From contig JAFZEI010000028.1 of the NCBI GenBank assembly GCA_017560765.1, forward strand, positions 361-64,360: 64,000 nt of DNA. The letters are read 5' to 3'. This document shows, in pieces, positions 59,908-64,000 of this stretch. The position numbers and the translations under genes are program-made. Source of the DNA: Clostridia bacterium. GTDB lineage: Bacteria; Bacillota; Clostridia; UBA1212; UBA1255. Position 1 is the first letter of the stretch; every line of letters starts with the position of its first letter. Under the pieces are notes generated by a model that was not told where the DNA came from, ran no database searches, and saw only the letters and a program-made list of their open reading frames with translations.

Positions 59908-60158
59908 TTTCGTCCCAAACAGCCCCCGTAACGGACGAAAAACCACTTCTACGAGAGGCTTGAGCCGTTGCAAAGCACTTTTTCGTCCTAAACAGCCCCC
60001 GTAACGGACGAAAAACCACTTCTACGAGAGGCTTGAGCCGTTGCAAAGCACTTTTTCGTCCTAAACAGCCCCAAAACGGACGAAAAACCACTTCTACGAG
60101 AGGCTTGAGTCGTTGCAAAGCTCTTTTTCGTCCTAAACAGCCCCAAAACGGACGAAAA
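59908..60158. repeat. Tandem direct repeat, ~73-bp unit, 3.45 copies (three full units plus a 33-nt partial copy).
   Basis: Units start at 59908, 59981, 60054 and 60126. Each is a 33-nt hairpin-capable element (tttcgtccTAAACAGCCCC(CGT)AACggacgaaaa) plus an identical 40-nt segment (accacttctacgagaggcttgagccgttgcaaagcactt). The only differences are 2-3 point changes and one 1-nt indel. Confidence 0.9.
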
Positions 60159-60201
60159 TCTGCCGGCGAAAGCCAACTGCACACCACGCTTTTACTTTTT
60201 A

Positions 60202-60230
60202 TTGAAAAAAACTCCCCGGTCATTTATAAT
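60202..60230 (+). promoter_or_regulatory. Sigma-70 promoter (TTGAAA-17-TATAAT) for the downstream GH-like gene.
   Basis: TTGAAA at 60202-60207 and TATAAT at 60225-60230, with a GAGGAG ribosome-binding site before the ATG at 60274. Confidence 0.55.
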
Positions 60231-60273
60231 ACAGGCAAAGTAAAACACGAATATTAAGAGGAGAAGTAATACC

Positions 60274-61926
60274 ATGATATTAAAAACACTTAATTCTTTA
60301 GCAAAAATATATGCAGACAGAGAGCTTGACGATAGATTTATCCAAAACGAAGGTTGTATGTTACAAAACGAAGCCTTTTCTTTTCAAGTTGCTTTTAAAT
60401 TAGAAGAAAATTCAGATCCGGCAAAAGCAGCGTTCGGTTTCAGCGTTGACATTCCGGAGGAGCTTAAGCCTTACACAAAGGTAAAAGCTATTGATTATGT
60501 TCCGTGCGATTATACGTTATATCCTCGTTGTCTCGGTTTAAGCGATCACCCCGAACAGGGACTTTTCCCAGATATTTTAAGAAGCATACCACCTGTTTTT
60601 TGGGCTTCCACTAATTCTTGGCGCGGTGTATACATTACGATTGATGCACAAAATGCCTGTCTCAAACCGGGAATTTATACAATAAAAACAATATTCAAAT
60701 ATAAAGGCGAATACACAAAAGAATTCCGTATAGAAGTTCTTGACGCAATGTTACCTCCGCAAAGCATACCTGTAACCAATTGGTTTCACACCGACTGTTT
60801 ATGTAATTATTACCATGTAGAATTCGACAGCAAAGAATACTGGCGTATTACGGAAAATTTTGCAAAAACTGCCGTTCACTACGGCATTAACATGTTGCTT
60901 ATGCCGATTTTCACACCGCCACTCGATACAGCCGTTGGTGCCGAGAGAAGAACAATTCAGTTAATAGATGTTTTTAAAGATGGAGATACATATACTTTTG
61001 ATTTTAAAAAGCTCCGCAAATGGGTAAAAATGTGTAAGCGTGTCGGCGTTAAATATTACGAGGTTTCACATTTATTTACACAATGGGGATGCAAATATGC
61101 GCCAAAAGTTATGGCAACCGAAAACGGCGAATACAAACGTATTTTCGGTTGGGAAACAAACGGTCACGGAGAGGAGTATCTCGATTTCTTGTCACAACTT
61201 TTACCGGTGCTTATTGCCGAGCTGAAAAAACTTGGCATTTTCAAAAAGTGTTACTTCCATGTTTCGGATGAGCCTACCGGCGAAATGAAAGAAGACTACG
61301 GTATATGCTCGAAGTTCTTGCGGGAATTTATTTCCTCAGACAGAATAATCGACGCTTTGAGTGATATTTCTTTCTACAAGGAAGGACTTATCTCTTGTCC
61401 GGTAGTAGGTCTTGACCATGTGCATACTTTTGTCGAGGAAAAAGTTCCCACTATATGGGGGTACTATTGTTGCGGGCACGACATGACAAGCAACAGGTTT
61501 TTGGCACTTCCTGCAGGACAAAACAGGATGCTCGGTCTTCAGCTTTACAAATTTAACATTAAGGGATTTTTACAATGGGGATATAACTTCTATAACTCCC
61601 ATTTATCTTTAGAAGAAATTGATCCTTACGCTACTTCTACAGCCGGCGGTTGGGTTCCCGGAGGAGATGCTTATATTGTTTATCCCGGAGCAGACGGCAA
61701 CGCCGTTGTTTCCATACGTCTCGAAGTTTTCAGGGAAGCTCTTCAAGATATGAGAGCATTAGAAGCTCTTGAGAGCAAATTTGCAGCAAAAGTCGGTAAA
61801 AGAAAAGCCCACAAAGCAGTTATTGCAGCTCTGGGGCTTGAAGATATGACATTTCTTAAATTTAACAATGACGGCAAATATCTTGTAGAATTAAGAGAAA
61901 AAATCAACAGATTACTCGTCGAATAA
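60274..61926 (+). CDS. Putative intracellular glycoside hydrolase-like protein (DUF4091/GH123-like); assignment tentative.
   Basis: 550 aa with no signal peptide. General resemblance to DUF4091-containing GH-like proteins (W/Y-rich; WGYNFYNS; GWVPGGDAYIVYPG). Not verified. Confidence 0.3.
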   Translation: MILKTLNSLAKIYADRELDDRFIQNEGCMLQNEAFSFQVAFKLEENSDPAKAAFGFSVDIPEELKPYTKVKAIDYVPCDYTLYPRCLGLSDHPEQGLFPDILRSIPPVFWASTNSWRGVYITIDAQNACLKPGIYTIKTIFKYKGEYTKEFRIEVLDAMLPPQSIPVTNWFHTDCLCNYYHVEFDSKEYWRITENFAKTAVHYGINMLLMPIFTPPLDTAVGAERRTIQLIDVFKDGDTYTFDFKKLRKWVKMCKRVGVKYYEVSHLFTQWGCKYAPKVMATENGEYKRIFGWETNGHGEEYLDFLSQLLPVLIAELKKLGIFKKCYFHVSDEPTGEMKEDYGICSKFLREFISSDRIIDALSDISFYKEGLISCPVVGLDHVHTFVEEKVPTIWGYYCCGHDMTSNRFLALPAGQNRMLGLQLYKFNIKGFLQWGYNFYNSHLSLEEIDPYATSTAGGWVPGGDAYIVYPGADGNAVVSIRLEVFREALQDMRALEALESKFAAKVGKRKAHKAVIAALGLEDMTFLKFNNDGKYLVELREKINRLLVE

Positions 61927-61933
61927 AAATATA

Positions 61934-63613
61934 TTACTTTTTTCCTTCTTCTGCCCGGATTGCAGCACGGCGAATTTTACCGCTTGTAGTCTTGGGCAGT
62001 TCTTTTACAAATTCTACTATTCTTGGATATTTATACGGAGCTGTAACCCTCTTTACATGATTTTGCAGCTCTTTTTTCAATTCATCTGATGGTTCATAAC
62101 CCTTTGTCAAAACAATTGTTGCTTTAACAACTTGTCCTCTTACAGGATCAGGAGCTGCTGTAATTGCACACTCTAATACAGAAGGATGTGTCATAAGGGC
62201 ACTCTCAACTTCAAAAGGACCTATTCTGTATCCGGAACACTTAATAACATCATCAACACGGCCTATAAACCAAATATGACCGTCCTCATCATACCAAGCA
62301 TTATCACCGGTGTGAAAATCTCCGCCGGCATAAAGCTTTTCATTTGCTTTATCATCATTGTAATATCCTATAGTAAGACCAACAGGACGGTTAGCTTTTG
62401 CATTTTTAATTACAATTTCGCCCTCTTCACCTATTTCGCAATCCTTACCATCTTCATTTACTATATGAATATCATAAAGAGCAGAAGGTTTTCCTGTAGA
62501 GCCGGGCTTAATATTAATCCACTCAAAGTTAGCCATAAGTACAGGTGTTTCCGTCTGACCAAAGCCCTCGTAGAGCTTATGTCCTGTTAAGCTTTCCCAC
62601 TGTTCGAAAACAGCCGGGTTTAGCGGCTCTCCCGCCATACAGCAATGATGGATAGAAGACAAATCGTATTTTGTAACATCTTCCTTAATCATAAATCTGT
62701 ACATTGTAGCAGGTGCGCAAAATGTAGTAATTCTATATTTTTCAATAACACTCAACAACTTATGGGGCTCAAACTTGTCCATATCATAACCGAGATTTGC
62801 AGAACCAGAAATCCATTGACCGTAAATTTTTCCCCAAGAAAACTTTGCCCAACCGGAATCTGCAACAGTTAAATGAAGACCGTTCTCCTCTACTTGTTGC
62901 CAATATTTGGCTGTAAGAATATGTCCTAAAGGATAAGACTGAACGTGCTGCACCATTTTAGGCATACCTGTTGTACCGCTTGTAAAGTAAATTATCATCA
63001 AATCATTTGCCCATACGAAATCCTCTCCCTGAGGGCGGTCAAAAATGTCACTTTGCGAAGCATACGCGTCAGTATAATTTATCCATCCGTCTCTTGTTTC
63101 TCCGCTTTCCATAACAAGAGCTTTAAACTTTAATGTAGGACATTGCTCTAAGGAATTCTCAACATGGGAAATTATATTATCATCCTGAGCACAAATAATC
63201 ATTTTTGCAGAAGCAGCGTTAATTCTGTATACTAAGTCCTTTTCCGTAAGCTGAAATGTTGCCGGGATAATTACGACGCCCATTTTATGCAGTGCAGTTA
63301 CAGTAATCCAATATTCCCAACGGCGCTTCATAATAAGTAATACTTTATCACCTTTTTTCAGCCCAATAGATTTAAAGTAATTACACATTTTATTACTGAT
63401 TTTCTTTACATCTGTAAAAGTGAATATTTTCTCTTCCCCGTGGTCGTTGCACCATACGAGAGCACGTTTTTCCGGCTCTGCTTCTGCCCATGCGTCAACA
63501 ACATCATATCCGAAGTTAAAATCCTCCGGCACATTTATTTTAAAATTCGCCTTAAAATCCTCGTATGAATCAAACTTAATACGAGGCAAAAATTTATTTA
63601 ATATATAATCCAT
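61934..63613 (-). CDS. AMP-forming acyl-CoA synthetase/ligase (adenylate-forming enzyme).
   Basis: AMP-binding motif IIYFTSGTTGMPKMV, A8-like GYRIGPFEVE, and a C-terminal TSGKIRR lysine motif. Confidence 0.85.
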   Translation of the reverse strand: MDYILNKFLPRIKFDSYEDFKANFKINVPEDFNFGYDVVDAWAEAEPEKRALVWCNDHGEEKIFTFTDVKKISNKMCNYFKSIGLKKGDKVLLIMKRRWEYWITVTALHKMGVVIIPATFQLTEKDLVYRINAASAKMIICAQDDNIISHVENSLEQCPTLKFKALVMESGETRDGWINYTDAYASQSDIFDRPQGEDFVWANDLMIIYFTSGTTGMPKMVQHVQSYPLGHILTAKYWQQVEENGLHLTVADSGWAKFSWGKIYGQWISGSANLGYDMDKFEPHKLLSVIEKYRITTFCAPATMYRFMIKEDVTKYDLSSIHHCCMAGEPLNPAVFEQWESLTGHKLYEGFGQTETPVLMANFEWINIKPGSTGKPSALYDIHIVNEDGKDCEIGEEGEIVIKNAKANRPVGLTIGYYNDDKANEKLYAGGDFHTGDNAWYDEDGHIWFIGRVDDVIKCSGYRIGPFEVESALMTHPSVLECAITAAPDPVRGQVVKATIVLTKGYEPSDELKKELQNHVKRVTAPYKYPRIVEFVKELPKTTSGKIRRAAIRAEEGKK

Positions 63614-63632
63614 TATAAGAAACCTCCGTAAA

Positions 63633-63971
63633 TCACAGTAAAATAACTGTTAAAAATTTAGCATCCTTGCCGCCCATTGCATTTTGAGAATGAGGCGTAG
63701 TCGGATCAAAATACAAGCAATCACCCTCGTTTAATATAAACTCTCTGTTACCGAAATGAACTTTTACAGTTCCTTCTAAAACATAGTTAAACTCTTGTCC
63801 CGTATGAGAAACCATTTTGGGCGGTTCTTTTTCTGTTGAAGCATCAACAGTAACCACCATGGGTTCAATTTTTCTTCCGATAAATTTATAAGCAATACTC
63901 TCAAAATCATACCCTTGGTATCTGTCTACAGCAATGCCCTCACCTTTTCTCACAAGAGAGCAATTTGCCAA
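63633..63971 (-). CDS. Cupin-domain protein; the 5' end is uncertain and it may extend beyond the window.
   Basis: Cupin beta-barrel motifs (SHTGQEFNYVLEGTVKVHFG...EGDCLYFDPTTPH). The annotated start is a TTG, and the frame stays open to the window edge. Confidence 0.5.
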   Translation of the reverse strand: MANCSLVRKGEGIAVDRYQGYDFESIAYKFIGRKIEPMVVTVDASTEKEPPKMVSHTGQEFNYVLEGTVKVHFGNREFILNEGDCLYFDPTTPHSQNAMGGKDAKFLTVILL

Positions 63972-64000
63972 TCTGGGAGATGTACCTGTCAGAAGCTCTG

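Noticed and set aside
59908-60158. Possible CRISPR array
   Set aside because: The segments between the hairpin elements are identical to each other, so there are no unique spacers. There is no cas gene, and the unit is 73 bp. It is a simple tandem duplication.
59846-60257. ORFs of 125, 64 and 74 aa with internally repeated peptide sequence (FRPFWGCLGRK…, ASRRSGFSSV…)
   Set aside because: They are read-through translations of the 73-bp tandem DNA repeat on both strands. They have no start context and no ribosome-binding site, and their composition is dictated by the repeat.
1-64000. Transposase or integrase or other mobile-element genes anywhere in the window
   Set aside because: No ORF shows DDE, tyrosine-recombinase or serine-recombinase hallmarks. 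No terminal inverted repeats were seen flanking the accessory block.

Overview
The window looks like a chromosomal segment from a spore-forming, low-GC Firmicute (Clostridia-like), judged from spoIVA, yqfC/yqfD, a PdaB-like deacetylase, the DUF881 pair and aaGGAGg ribosome-binding sites. Most genes lie on the minus strand.

From about 1.5 kb to 10 kb, immediately downstream of a tRNA-Glu gene, there is an accessory-looking block. It holds three consecutive, separately transcribed ECF-type sigma-factor genes, each fused to a large cytoplasmic C-terminal extension, with no anti-sigma gene nearby. Two of them are 540 aa and 548 aa paralogues; the third is about 1055 aa. This trio is the best candidate in the window for an undescribed regulatory system. 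The block also holds a Phd/YefM antitoxin with a degraded, frameshifted RelE/ParE toxin, and an MBL-fold hydrolase. At the far left is a cobalamin-riboswitch-controlled DUF4430-like lipoprotein.

The rest of the window is core housekeeping. The identifiable genes are metK, clpB (preceded by a translationally coupled ribbon-helix-helix protein), a SEDS glycosyltransferase, lgt, an M16 peptidase pair (one partner fused in frame to RibF), feoB, rpoD, dnaG, a citrate-synthase-leuS-argS block, an EF-G paralogue, sporulation genes, mtaB, hisS, tRNA-Lys, spoIVA, sua5, prfA, recR and ybaB. Downstream of these are a GH-like gene, an acyl-CoA synthetase and a cupin gene.

Where ybaB would normally be preceded by dnaX there is instead a tandem array of roughly 73-bp repeats of unknown function.
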